Below are positions 16,020-25,772 of a DNA stretch of 45,163 nt, one piece after another. The stretch is from the NCBI GenBank assembly GCA_944350335.1, contig CALVOQ010000001.1, forward strand, positions 1-45,163. Direction: 5' to 3'. The notes beneath the pieces were generated by a model that had not been told where the DNA came from, searched no databases, and saw nothing but the letters and a program-made list of their open reading frames with translations. The position numbers were made by a program, and so were the translations under genes. How positions within the stretch are numbered: the stretch's first letter is position 1; each line of letters begins with the position of its first letter. The DNA is from an uncultured Bacilli bacterium (GTDB lineage Bacteria; Bacillota_I; Bacilli_A; RF39; UBA660).

Positions 16020-18170
16020 ATGAATAATCAAATATTAGAAAAAGTAAGCAATAGATTAAGTATTAAAGAAGGTCAAATTAATAGTGTTTTAAAGTTATTG
16101 AGTGAGGGGTGTACTATTCCTTTTATAGCGAGATATAGAAAGGAAGTAACTGGTAACTTAAATGAAGAAGAGATTAGGCAAGTTAGTGAAATATATGAAT
16201 ATGAAGTTAATTTGTTTAAGAGAAAAGAGGATGTTATAAGACTCATAGAAGAAAAAGGTTTATTAACTCCTAAACTTAAAGAAGAAATCCTTAAATGTGA
16301 TAAACTGGTGTTAGTAGAAGATTTATATAGGCCATACAAAGAAAAGAAAAAGACTAAGGCAACTGAAGCAATTAATAATGGATTAACTCCTCTAGCAAAA
16401 ATGATTATGTCGTTTCCTAAAAAAGGATCTTTAACTTCATTAGCTAGTCAGTTTGTTAAGGACAACGTTAAAACTAGTGATGAAGCTTTAGCTGGTGCGG
16501 GTTACATAATTTCTGAATGGGTAAGTGATAATGCTTATTATAGAAAATGGATAAGAAATTATATTTTTAATAATGGAGTTTTTGTAACTAAGAAAATAGG
16601 TGATGATGCTCATAGAGTTTATGAAATGTACTATGACTATAATGATAAAATTAAATACATAAAAGCACATAGATATTTAGCTATTAATCGGGCGGTAAAT
16701 GAAAACGTTATTTCTTTAAATGTTGATGTTCAAAAAGATTGTGTATTAAATTATTTGTTTTCTAAAATTATTAAGGATGAGTCATCATTCGTCTCTGAAT
16801 TTGTCAAAGATTCAATTATTGATTCTTTTAAAAGATTAATTTTTCCTAGTGTTATTAGGGAAATTAAGAGTGAGGTTTTTGAAAGATGCGAAGATGAAGC
16901 GATTAAATTATTTAGTAAAAACTTGGAAAGCTTATTGTTAACGCCACCCATGAAAGAAAAAGTTGTACTTGCGCTTGATCCTGCGTTTAGAACTGGTTGT
17001 AAAATTAGTGTTATAGATGTTACAGGTAAACCAATTTACATAGGTGTAATTTACCCTCATGAACCTAAATGTGAGTATGAAAAGAGCAAAAAAATTATTT
17101 TAGAATTAATTGATAGATATTTGGTTGATATTATAGCAATCGGGAACGGCACCGCTTCAAGAGAAAGTGAAGCATTTATAGTTGATATTTTAAAAGAATG
17201 TAACCGTAGTGTAAAGTATATTATTGTAAGTGAAAGTGGTGCGAGTGTTTATTCGGCTAGCAAACTTGCCATTAGTGAATTTCCAGATTTACATGTTGAA
17301 GAAAGAAGTGCAATTAGTATTGGAAGAAGACTACAAGATCCATTAAGTGAATATGTTAAAATTGATCCAAAGAGTATAGGTGTTGGTCAGTATCAGCATG
17401 ATGTATCATCTAAAAAATTAGGTGAAAGTCTTAATTTTGTCGTTAGTAAAGTTGTTAACAATGTTGGAGTTAATGTAAATACTGCATCATTTAGTTTGCT
17501 TAGTTATGTATCTGGTTTAACAAAAAAAGTTATTGATCTTATTTTGGATTATAGAAATAAGGTTGGAAAGTTTAAAAGTAGGGAAGAAATTAAAAAAATT
17601 AAAGGGCTTTCTGATAAGACCTATGAACAAAGTATAGGTTTTTTAAGAATATTAGATGGTGAGAATATTTTGGATATGACTTCTATTCATCCTGAAAGTT
17701 ATGGTGTCGCGATGAAACTTTTAAATAAACTTGGAATTAATCTTTTAGAAATAGGTACTGAAAAAATATCGGCAAAGTTAAGTGGAGTAGATTTGGAAAG
17801 TTTAAAAGATATAACTACTGATAAATATTTATTAATGGATATCATTGATTCACTAAAAAAACCGTTATGGGATCCTAGAGATGAAATTGAAAAACCGATT
17901 TTAAAAAGTGATATATTGAAAATAGAAAATCTAAAAAGGGGAATGAAACTTGAAGGGACAGTTAGAAATGTTGTGGACTTTGGTGTCTTTATAGATGTTG
18001 GATTAAAAAACGATGGCCTTGCACATATATCTAAGTTAACAAAAAAATATATTAAACATCCTAGTGATATTTTATCTGTTGGTGATATAGTGACGTGTTA
18101 TGTTGACGATGTGGATTTAGATAAAAATAAGTTTTCTCTTAGTCTTATTAATCCAGTTGATGAAGATTGA
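16020..18170 (+). CDS. tex: Tex-like transcription accessory protein (S1 RNA-binding domain)
   Basis: 716 aa. N-terminal CTIPFIARYRKEVTGNL, a central YqgF/RuvC-like region, and a C-terminal S1 domain GMKLEGTVRNVVDFGVFIDVGLKNDGLAHISKL. Confidence 0.9.
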   Translation: MNNQILEKVSNRLSIKEGQINSVLKLLSEGCTIPFIARYRKEVTGNLNEEEIRQVSEIYEYEVNLFKRKEDVIRLIEEKGLLTPKLKEEILKCDKLVLVEDLYRPYKEKKKTKATEAINNGLTPLAKMIMSFPKKGSLTSLASQFVKDNVKTSDEALAGAGYIISEWVSDNAYYRKWIRNYIFNNGVFVTKKIGDDAHRVYEMYYDYNDKIKYIKAHRYLAINRAVNENVISLNVDVQKDCVLNYLFSKIIKDESSFVSEFVKDSIIDSFKRLIFPSVIREIKSEVFERCEDEAIKLFSKNLESLLLTPPMKEKVVLALDPAFRTGCKISVIDVTGKPIYIGVIYPHEPKCEYEKSKKIILELIDRYLVDIIAIGNGTASRESEAFIVDILKECNRSVKYIIVSESGASVYSASKLAISEFPDLHVEERSAISIGRRLQDPLSEYVKIDPKSIGVGQYQHDVSSKKLGESLNFVVSKVVNNVGVNVNTASFSLLSYVSGLTKKVIDLILDYRNKVGKFKSREEIKKIKGLSDKTYEQSIGFLRILDGENILDMTSIHPESYGVAMKLLNKLGINLLEIGTEKISAKLSGVDLESLKDITTDKYLLMDIIDSLKKPLWDPRDEIEKPILKSDILKIENLKRGMKLEGTVRNVVDFGVFIDVGLKNDGLAHISKLTKKYIKHPSDILSVGDIVTCYVDDVDLDKNKFSLSLINPVDED

Positions 18171-18196
18171 CTTTTCTTCTTGAATAGTGATACAAT
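18167..18196 (+). promoter_or_regulatory. Promoter candidate for the permease gene
   Basis: TTGACT (18167-18172, overlapping the tex stop), 18-nt spacer, TGaTACAAT (18188-18196). Confidence 0.45.
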
Positions 18197-18221
18197 CAAA
18201 ATGCTTTAAAGGGGAGATATT

Positions 18222-19067
18222 ATGTTAGAAGATATAATTCATTATTTTGTGCATTCATTAATTGATAGTTTAAAAATATTGCCATTTTTGTTTATAGCAT
18301 TTGTCATTATAGAAGTTATTGAACACAAGTTTAGTGAAAAAAGTAAAAGTATTATTAGTAATTCTGGTAAGTTTGGTCCAATCATTGGTGCTTTTTTGGG
18401 ATTAGTACCTCAGTGTGGCTTTTCTGTATTTGCTACTAATCTCTACGTCACTAGGATTTTATCACTAGGGACTCTTATAAGTATTTATTTAGCTACTAGT
18501 GATGAAATGTTGCCTATACTTATTAGTCACAATGTTAGTGCTACCATTATATTAAAGATTTTAACTTTGAAGTTTGTTATCGGTTTAATTTTTGGTTTTT
18601 TAATAGATTTGTTTTTACGAAAGAGTAATAATTCTAAATTAGATTATAGTATTTGTAAAGATGAACATTGTCATTGTGAAGAAGGTATTATTTTATCTTC
18701 TATTAAACATACTTTTCATATATTTATATTTATTTTTTTAGTTAATTTTATACTTACTTTGGTAATTGATGTATTTGAGAGTAACATACTTTCTTCAATA
18801 TTATTTAAAGACAGTTATTTTGGACCTTTTATTATTAGTTTAATTGGTTTAATTCCTAATTGTGCATCAAGTGTTATAATTACTGAACTTTTTTTGAACA
18901 ATGCAATTTCGTTCGGGGCTATGATGTCTGGGCTTCTTGCTAATAGTGGTGTGGCTTTACTAGTGTTATTTAAATCTAATAAAAATATAAAAGAAAACAT
19001 TATGATTTTAGGTTTATTGTATGGAATAAGTGTAATATCTGGATTAATTATAATGATATTTATGTAA
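18222..19067 (+). CDS. Polytopic permease with internal duplication; possibly the putative 10-TM heavy-metal exporter (ArsP_2-like) family
   Basis: 281 aa. Repeated motifs LVPQCGFSVFATNLY and LIPNCASSVIITELF occur in the two halves. A central loop DYSICKDEHCHCEEG sits between them. The family name is from memory only. Confidence 0.6.
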   Translation: MLEDIIHYFVHSLIDSLKILPFLFIAFVIIEVIEHKFSEKSKSIISNSGKFGPIIGAFLGLVPQCGFSVFATNLYVTRILSLGTLISIYLATSDEMLPILISHNVSATIILKILTLKFVIGLIFGFLIDLFLRKSNNSKLDYSICKDEHCHCEEGIILSSIKHTFHIFIFIFLVNFILTLVIDVFESNILSSILFKDSYFGPFIISLIGLIPNCASSVIITELFLNNAISFGAMMSGLLANSGVALLVLFKSNKNIKENIMILGLLYGISVISGLIIMIFM

Positions 19068-19103
19068 GTAATAAATAAGGCTATTTTTTCATAGTATATT
19101 ACC

Positions 19104-20162
19104 ATGAAAAAGTTAATAGTCTTATTTTTGTGTATTTTTTTATTAATTCCAAGTGTTTATGCGGATGCTCATGCTTACGTTGTTATGGATGCTTCATCAG
19201 GAAGAGTTTTAATGGGTAAAAATATGGATGAAAAGAATTTAATTGCATCTACAACTAAAATTATGACAGCATTAATCGCATTAGAAAATGCACATTTAGA
19301 TATGCTTATTGAAGCAGGAGAAGAAGTCTTGACTGTTTACGGATCTATGTTATATTTGGATGTAGGGGAATGTTTAACTTTAAAAGATTTATTATATGGA
19401 TTAATGTATCAAAGTGGCAATGATGCCGCGATGGTAATCGCTAGTAATATAATGCCTTATGACAAATTCATTGATGAAATGAATAGAAAGGCAGTAATGT
19501 TAGGTATGAAAAATACTGTGTTTGAAAATCCACATGGACTTGATGATGAGACTAAAAATTATTCAACGGCTTATGATATGGCTCTTTTAATGAGATATGC
19601 TACTAAAAATGATGTTTTTATGGAAATCACCGGTCAAAAAAAATATGTCGCTGATTCTAATATAGAAAGACATATTTGGTATAACAAGAATAAACTATTA
19701 AGTAGTTACAAATATGCGACAAGTGGAAAAATTGGATATACTACTAATAGTAAACATATTTTTGTTTCTAGTGCTAAAAAAGGGGAAGAAGAGGTTGTTA
19801 TTGCGACAATTAAAGATACTGATAGATTTAATACACATGAAAGTTTGTATGAACAGGTTTTTAATGAATATGATAAATATATGATTTTGAATAAGTATAC
19901 TTTTTCTTTAAAAGAAGACTATTATAAAAATTATCATTTGTTTATAAAAAATGATTTTGAAGTTATGCTTAATGATGAAGAAAAAGATGAAATAAAATTA
20001 GAAATTAAACTAAAAAAGCTACAAAAAGTAAATAATAATGACTCCGTAGGATATGTGGAAGTATACGTTAAAGATGAACTATTACATAGTGAAGAAATAT
20101 ATGCTATTAGTGAAGAAAGTAAATTAGAGAAAATAAAGAATTGGTTGTTTTTTTGGAAATAG
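19104..20162 (+). CDS. D-alanyl-D-alanine carboxypeptidase (S11, PBP5-like)
   Basis: Signal peptide MKKLIVLFLCIFLLIPSVYA. SxxK (ASTTKIMTA), SxN (YQSGNDAA) and a K-T/I-G-like motif (SGKIGYTT). Confidence 0.85.
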   Translation: MKKLIVLFLCIFLLIPSVYADAHAYVVMDASSGRVLMGKNMDEKNLIASTTKIMTALIALENAHLDMLIEAGEEVLTVYGSMLYLDVGECLTLKDLLYGLMYQSGNDAAMVIASNIMPYDKFIDEMNRKAVMLGMKNTVFENPHGLDDETKNYSTAYDMALLMRYATKNDVFMEITGQKKYVADSNIERHIWYNKNKLLSSYKYATSGKIGYTTNSKHIFVSSAKKGEEEVVIATIKDTDRFNTHESLYEQVFNEYDKYMILNKYTFSLKEDYYKNYHLFIKNDFEVMLNDEEKDEIKLEIKLKKLQKVNNNDSVGYVEVYVKDELLHSEEIYAISEESKLEKIKNWLFFWK

Positions 20163-20189
20163 TCATTTATAATGTGTTTGTGATGTTAT

Positions 20190-20900
20190 ATGGAAAGATT
20201 ACAAAAGTTTTTGAGTGAATGTGGAGTAGCTTCTAGGCGCAAAAGTGAAGAATTGATTCTTTCTGGTAAAGTGACTGTTAATGGTGTTGTTGTTAAAACT
20301 TTAGGGACTAAAGTAAGTGATAATGATTTAGTTAGTGTTAACGGGAAAGTAGTGAAAAGAGATATTAAAGAGTACTATCTACTTTATAAACCTAGGAGTG
20401 TTATTAGTTCTGTAAAAGATGAAAAGAATAGAAAAACAGTTATTGATTTAGTTCATACTTCTAGTAGAATTTATCCTATAGGTAGGTTGGATTATGATAC
20501 TACAGGTATTATTTTGCTTACCAACGATGGTGAATTATCTAATTTGTTAATGCACCCTAAAAGTAATGTAAGTAAAGAGTATATTGCAAAAGTAAAAGGT
20601 TTTTTTAGTAAGGACGACGCATTATTATTAAGTAAAGGTGTTTTGCTAAATGGTAAAAAAACTAAACCAGCTTTGTTTAAACTAAAGAAATACGATAAGA
20701 AAAGTGATACTAGTTACGTAAAAGTGGTTATTAGTGAAGGGCGCAATCATCAAGTTAAAGATATGTTTAGTTTTTTAGGATATAACGTTTTAAAATTAAA
20801 AAGGGAAAAATACGCTTTTTTAGATTTATCTGGTCTTAAAAGTGGTGAATATAGAAAATTATCTTTAAAAGAAGTAAGACAATTATATAGTTTAAAATAA
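20190..20900 (+). CDS. rluB: Pseudouridine synthase, RsuA/RluB family
   Basis: N-terminal S4 domain (RLQKFLSECGVASRRKSEELILSGKVTVNG). Catalytic GRLDYDTTGIILLTNDG. C-terminal EGRNHQVKDMF. Confidence 0.85.
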   Translation: MERLQKFLSECGVASRRKSEELILSGKVTVNGVVVKTLGTKVSDNDLVSVNGKVVKRDIKEYYLLYKPRSVISSVKDEKNRKTVIDLVHTSSRIYPIGRLDYDTTGIILLTNDGELSNLLMHPKSNVSKEYIAKVKGFFSKDDALLLSKGVLLNGKKTKPALFKLKKYDKKSDTSYVKVVISEGRNHQVKDMFSFLGYNVLKLKREKYAFLDLSGLKSGEYRKLSLKEVRQLYSLK

Positions 20901-20917
20901 AAAATAAAGCATTTGCT

Positions 20918-21118
20918 TTACTTTTCTTCAACTATACATATTGCTTCAGTAGGGCATATTTCAATACTTTCTAATATGCTTTTTTTATCCTCTGGTTTTA
21001 TTTCTTTATCAATGGCTTCTGCATGTCCATTTTCATCAAACACTAGATAATCCGGATTTTGGTGAACACACATTCCACATCCTACACAAGCTTCCTTATT
21101 AATAACGATTTTTTCCAT
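20918..21118 (-). CDS. Small [4Fe-4S] ferredoxin
   Basis: 66 aa with AGGAGGA upstream. CVGCGMC ... CP pattern of single-cluster ferredoxins. Confidence 0.8.
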   Translation of the reverse strand: MEKIVINKEACVGCGMCVHQNPDYLVFDENGHAEAIDKEIKPEDKKSILESIEICPTEAICIVEEK

Positions 21119-21219
21119 TTCATTTCCTCCTATGTGTTATTATATATAATTTATCATATAAAATCAAATTGTAGTTTAAAATTTAATGTAAATATGTTAT
21201 TATAATATTGGTGAATAGT

Positions 21220-22101
21220 ATGAATTCTAGAATGGAAAGATATAATGAAGTTAATAACGAAACTTCAGAAACTAGAACAAATAAAAATAAAAATTTATAT
21301 GACACTATAAGTAGTGGTGAGTTTTCACGTGTTAAAACAAATAGTAATTTTAAGGTTATTGATACTGGCGGAAATAGTATTGATATGGAAAAAATAAAAA
21401 AATATGTGGCTTCTATGAATCAAAAAACGGTCACTAAAAGAGATAATTTGTTCACTGATATACGAGCAGATGAGATAATGGAGAAAAAAATTGAACCTAA
21501 GGATTATGATATAAATTCAGTGTTAGAAAAAGCTAGAGCTGCTAGGGAAGTTAATTATGAGCGTGATAGATATAAAAAGTTGCATAATACTCAGTATGAT
21601 ATTTTAAATCAACTTAAAATAAACGAAAAAGATGAAAGTTCTGAAGAAGAATTGGATGATTTTAATACTGATGAAAGGACTTTAATAGACTTAATTAATA
21701 CTGTTACTATTCACAAAGACGAATTGAGTCTTTTGGATGAACTCAAAACCGATGGGGATGAAACTGATGTTGTGCCTGCGATGAAATCTGAAAGAATGAA
21801 AGAGGATTTGAAAAGAGAAATAATTAAGGAAATAGAAGAAAAGGAAAAAGAAAAAGAGATTGTAAGAACGCAGGAACTTACTAGTTTAAAAGAAAAAGAA
21901 ACTGCAAATAACATTGATAAATCTTTTTATACGAATTCTATGACATTCAGTAAAGAAGATTTTGAAGGTTTTGATGAGTTAGAAAAAACTGTTAAAAAGA
22001 ATAGTGTACTGGTCGTAATTAGTTTGATTATTCTAATTATATCTATATTGGGGACAATGGTTGTTATTGCTAATTATGTTTTTAATTTAGGACTATTTTA
22101 G
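21220..22101 (+). CDS. Tail-anchored charged protein (hypothetical)
   Basis: ORF with a C-terminal TM (VLVVISLIILIISILGTMVVIANYVF) and a long K/E/D-rich N-terminal part. The start is uncertain (TTG21208, ATG21220 or ATG21238). TATAAT lies at 21201-21206, immediately upstream. Confidence 0.55.
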   Translation: MNSRMERYNEVNNETSETRTNKNKNLYDTISSGEFSRVKTNSNFKVIDTGGNSIDMEKIKKYVASMNQKTVTKRDNLFTDIRADEIMEKKIEPKDYDINSVLEKARAAREVNYERDRYKKLHNTQYDILNQLKINEKDESSEEELDDFNTDERTLIDLINTVTIHKDELSLLDELKTDGDETDVVPAMKSERMKEDLKREIIKEIEEKEKEKEIVRTQELTSLKEKETANNIDKSFYTNSMTFSKEDFEGFDELEKTVKKNSVLVVISLIILIISILGTMVVIANYVFNLGLF

Positions 22102-22133
22102 TATAGTTCTTTATTTTTTTATTATAATTTAAT

Positions 22134-22880
22134 ATGAAAAGTAAAATGAAGTTAAAAAATAGAAATGTTTACTTTGGTATTAAATTAAAAGATAAGATAG
22201 CTATAATTTGTATTTTAATTTGTATTTTAGTGTTTGTTTTATTTAGTTTAATAAATACTAAAGTAACACCCATTTTAGTAAATTATGCTGAAATTGAAAC
22301 AGAACGTATTGCTATGGCAATTATAAATAAATCCATTTTAAAGTATACTGATAAGTCTAAGGTTGATGAACTATTATATACTACTATGAATAGCAATGAT
22401 GAGATTATTAGCGTTGACTTTGATACAGCTAAAGTTAATAGTTTTTTGTATGAAATAACAAATAGTATTGCAAATGATTTAATACTTTTAGATATGGGAA
22501 AACTTAATGAGATAGGAATTCCTATTAGTAATGTTTATGAAAAAGATGATGTTTCTGGAATTGTCTATTATATTCCATTTGGTGTCGTGTCTGGTTCTTC
22601 TGTTATTTCTGATATCGGTCCTAAAATACCGGTAAAAAATAAACTAGTGGGTAGTGTTTATAGTAATATTAAAACTGATATAAGTGAATATGGTATAAAT
22701 AATGCTGTAATTAAAGTGTATATTGAAGTTCAAGTTAATGAGCAAGTAATTTTGCCTTTTGTTTCTAAAAAAGTAAGTGTAAAAAGTGAAATACCTGTAT
22801 TAATTAAAATAGTGCAAGGAAAAATTCCTTCGGTTTATGGTGGTATGTTTTCATCAACTAGTCCTATAGTAAGTTCTTAA
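22134..22880 (+). CDS. yunB: Sporulation protein YunB family
   Basis: 248 aa with an N-terminal TM. Blocks TPILVNYAEIETERIAMAIIN, GPKIPVKNKLVGSV, EYGINNAVIKVYIEVQV and VLIKIVQGKIPSVY align by eye with B. subtilis YunB. Confidence 0.75.
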   Translation: MKSKMKLKNRNVYFGIKLKDKIAIICILICILVFVLFSLINTKVTPILVNYAEIETERIAMAIINKSILKYTDKSKVDELLYTTMNSNDEIISVDFDTAKVNSFLYEITNSIANDLILLDMGKLNEIGIPISNVYEKDDVSGIVYYIPFGVVSGSSVISDIGPKIPVKNKLVGSVYSNIKTDISEYGINNAVIKVYIEVQVNEQVILPFVSKKVSVKSEIPVLIKIVQGKIPSVYGGMFSSTSPIVSS

Positions 22881-22930
22881 TATTGATTGATGTGACATTC
22901 ATATTATGGTATTATTGATTTGTGATAAAT

Positions 22931-23209
22931 ATGATGATAGAAATTGATGGAAAAAGATATAAACTTGTGAAAAACTATAAAGATGCATTTAATCAAGAGG
23001 AGTTTTTTAATAAATATACTGATTATTTTTATGATTATGACTACATTGTTGGAGATATTTCTTATGGGAAACTAAGGCTAAAAGGTTTTAATCTGAAAGG
23101 TAGTAACAATTTTAATCAAGTTAATGATTATGCGAAATTAGAGAAGTATTTAAAAGAAAATTGCGCTTATGATTGTAGATATTTTATTTTAGAGAAGAAA
23201 AATATTTAG
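22931..23209 (+). CDS. yutD: YutD-like protein (DUF1027)
   Basis: YKLVKNYKDAFNQEEFFNKYTDYFYDYDYIVGDISYGKLRLKGF matches the YutD signature. The start may be GTG22922, ATG22931 or ATG22934. Confidence 0.7.
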   Translation: MMIEIDGKRYKLVKNYKDAFNQEEFFNKYTDYFYDYDYIVGDISYGKLRLKGFNLKGSNNFNQVNDYAKLEKYLKENCAYDCRYFILEKKNI

Positions 23210-23569
23210 TATATATTTTTTATATGATATGAACTCAATTATTATTATCATAAAGTTTTTTTATTTATAAACGTCAATAACGTTGAGCTGTAATTTAAAT
23301 ATTTTTATAAATTTTATACGATTTCAATTTATTTAAGGACATGTTAGTTACAAATTAAGAATTTGTTGAAGAGATTCCTAATTTTTTGTTATTATTGGTT
23401 AGTAGTTAGATAATTATTGTAATTTGTCACGCCTTATTATATGTGTTATACTCATGATATAAAATAAAATGTTTCATAAATCAAAAAAATGTTATATAAT
23501 TGGTTTGTAAAATATAAACTAGAAAAAAGTAATAGACTTAAAGTGAGGAGAAAGGGATGTTTATCAAAC

Positions 23570-23989
23570 ATGAAAAAACAAGTATATGTGAATAATGAAC
23601 AATGTTATGTTAACAAAAACAAAGGCTTAACTTTAGAAATAATTTTGGACATATTTTGTTATGCATTAATTCTTATGATGGCTTCAACCATATTTAATAA
23701 TATATATATTGAAAATGTTTGGTACGCATTAATAGCAAGTACAATTATTGGTGTGCTTAACTTAACGATAAAACCATTTTTAATATATATAACACTTCCA
23801 CTAACAATATTAACGCTTGGGATATTTTATCCAGTAGTTAATATAGTGGTGTTGAAATTAGCTAGTTTATTTTTAGGTTCACATTTTATTGTGGATGGAT
23901 GGTTTACGCCATTTTTTGTTTCATTATTTATAAGTATTATGAAAATTATTTTCGAGATATTTATAATTAAGCCAATAGTAGAAAGGTAG
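23570..23989 (+). CDS. YvlD-like four-TM membrane protein (phage holin 4_2 superfamily)
   Basis: IKPFLIYITLPLTILTLGIFYPVVNIVVLKLAS ... FIVDGWF is typical of the family. ATG23570 is the first Met before the domain. The track start at 23489 adds a non-hydrophobic, SD-less extension. Confidence 0.65.
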   Translation: MKKQVYVNNEQCYVNKNKGLTLEIILDIFCYALILMMASTIFNNIYIENVWYALIASTIIGVLNLTIKPFLIYITLPLTILTLGIFYPVVNIVVLKLASLFLGSHFIVDGWFTPFFVSLFISIMKIIFEIFIIKPIVER

Positions 23990-23998
23990 GGTGTTTGA

Positions 23999-24814
23999 AT
24001 GAATCCATATATATTTAAAATAGGAGATTTTGGAATCAAATATTATAGTTTATTTATAATGCTAGCAGTATTATTAGTTACTTTATTTATGATACGAGAA
24101 TCAAAAAAATTTGGGATAAGAAAAGATTTTGTAATAAATCTAGTGTTTTGGACTTGTGTTTTTGGTTTTATAGGGGCAAGGCTGTATTTTGTGGCATTTA
24201 AATGGGATTATTATAGTTCCCATTTATCTGAAATATATAAAGTATGGAATGGAGGATTGGCAATACATGGAGGTATAATATTCGGTGCATTGGCAATTAT
24301 AATATATTGTAGGAAATATAAAGTTAATCCATTATTGATGTTAGACATAATCGCGCCATATCTCTTATTAGCGCAGGCATTAGGCCGATGGGGTAATTTC
24401 TTTAATGGTGAAGCATATGGTCCGGCAACAACATTGGGACACTTGAAGAACATGTTTATTCCAGAGTTTATAATAAACGGAATGTTGATAGACGGAGTAT
24501 ACTATACACCAACATTTTACTATGAATCGTTATGGTGCATACTTGGCGCTATTGTCATATTAATATTTAGAAAAATAAAATATATAAAAATCGGACAACA
24601 ATGTGGATTATATTTAATGTGGTATAGTGTTGGCAGATTTTTTATAGAAAGTTTAAGAACGGATAGTTTAATGTTGGGAGATTATAAAATAGCACAATTA
24701 GTAAGTGTAGTACTATTTATAATTGGATTTTTCATAATAATATTTCAAACTAGAAAACCAAAGCTTGAAGGATTATATAACAGTAAAGAAAAAATAGAAG
24801 TCGTGAATTTTTAA
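23999..24814 (+). CDS. lgt: Prolipoprotein diacylglyceryl transferase
   Basis: YYSLFIMLAV..., GARLYFV, WNGGLAIHGGI and the GRWGNFFNGEAYG signature. Confidence 0.9.
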   Translation: MNPYIFKIGDFGIKYYSLFIMLAVLLVTLFMIRESKKFGIRKDFVINLVFWTCVFGFIGARLYFVAFKWDYYSSHLSEIYKVWNGGLAIHGGIIFGALAIIIYCRKYKVNPLLMLDIIAPYLLLAQALGRWGNFFNGEAYGPATTLGHLKNMFIPEFIINGMLIDGVYYTPTFYYESLWCILGAIVILIFRKIKYIKIGQQCGLYLMWYSVGRFFIESLRTDSLMLGDYKIAQLVSVVLFIIGFFIIIFQTRKPKLEGLYNSKEKIEVVNF

Positions 24815-24830
24815 AGAAAGGAAGATTTAT

Positions 24831-25736
24831 ATGTACGATGTAATAGTAATTGGAATGGGTCCAGCAGGAATGAATGCGGCATTGTATGCTAAAAGAAGTG
24901 GCCTCAATATATTGATATTAGAAAAAAATATTCCAGGTGGATTAATAAATATAACAAATAAAGTAGAAAATTATTTGGGGACAGGACTTTTAACGGGAAA
25001 AGATTTAGTTGAAAAAATGATAGACCACATAGAAAAATTTGGAATAGAATACAAAAGAGAATCGGTAAACAAAATACTGGACAACGATGATTATAAAATA
25101 GTTATAACAAATAAGGGAGAATATAAGGCTAAAGCGCTTATTTTAGCTTCTGGAAGAGTTCCAAAGAAAGGTAATAGCGAAAAAATAACTCGATTAGAAG
25201 GCAGAGGAGTTAGTTATTGCGCAGTGTGCGATGCGCCATTTTTTAAAGACAAAATAATTGGAATTATAGGAGGCGGAAATTCTGCGTTTGATGAGGGACT
25301 GTATTTGGCTGACTTTGCAAAAAAAGTATATATGTTTATAAGGGGCAACGAAATTAAAGCAGATGATATTTTTGTAGAAAAAGCAAAAAGCAAAAACAAT
25401 GTTGAAATTTTGTTAAATTCAACAGTTACTGATTTAATAGAAGAAGAAGGTAAGTTAAAAGCAGTTCAGATTAATGACAAAGACATAATAAATATTGATG
25501 GGTTGTTTTTGTATATTGGATATGTCCCTAGTACTAATTACTTTCAAAATCTCAATATTACAGATGAAGCTGGGTATGTAATAGTTAATGAGAAAATGGA
25601 AACCAAAGTACCTGGAATATTTGCTGCTGGTGACATTATCAAAAAAGATATTTATCAAATAATAACAGCAGCAAGCGATGGGAGTATAGCAGCGTTAAGT
25701 GCTAAAAAATATATAAAAAAACTAGACAAATCTTAG
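24831..25736 (+). CDS. trxB: Thioredoxin-disulfide reductase
   Basis: FAD site YDVIVIGMGPAG. Redox CAVCDAPFF. NADPH site IIGGGNSAFDEG. C-terminal GIFAAGD. Confidence 0.9.
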   Translation: MYDVIVIGMGPAGMNAALYAKRSGLNILILEKNIPGGLINITNKVENYLGTGLLTGKDLVEKMIDHIEKFGIEYKRESVNKILDNDDYKIVITNKGEYKAKALILASGRVPKKGNSEKITRLEGRGVSYCAVCDAPFFKDKIIGIIGGGNSAFDEGLYLADFAKKVYMFIRGNEIKADDIFVEKAKSKNNVEILLNSTVTDLIEEEGKLKAVQINDKDIINIDGLFLYIGYVPSTNYFQNLNITDEAGYVIVNEKMETKVPGIFAAGDIIKKDIYQIITAASDGSIAALSAKKYIKKLDKS

Positions 25737-25772
25737 TTAATATTATATTATACAGCAGGATGGAGGAATTTT

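Noticed and set aside
20905-20920. Short hairpin TAAAGC/GCTTTA between the convergent rluB and ferredoxin genes, considered as a terminator.
   Set aside because: The stem is only 6 bp, largely A-T, and overlaps the ferredoxin stop. It is too weak to call.
23210-23569. The long AT-rich spacer considered as a replication origin, riboswitch or T-box.
   Set aside because: There are no DnaA-box-like TTATCCACA/TGTGGATAA sequences, no G/C-rich conserved riboswitch cores and no specifier/T-box motif. It is just AT-rich DNA with promoter-like hexamers.
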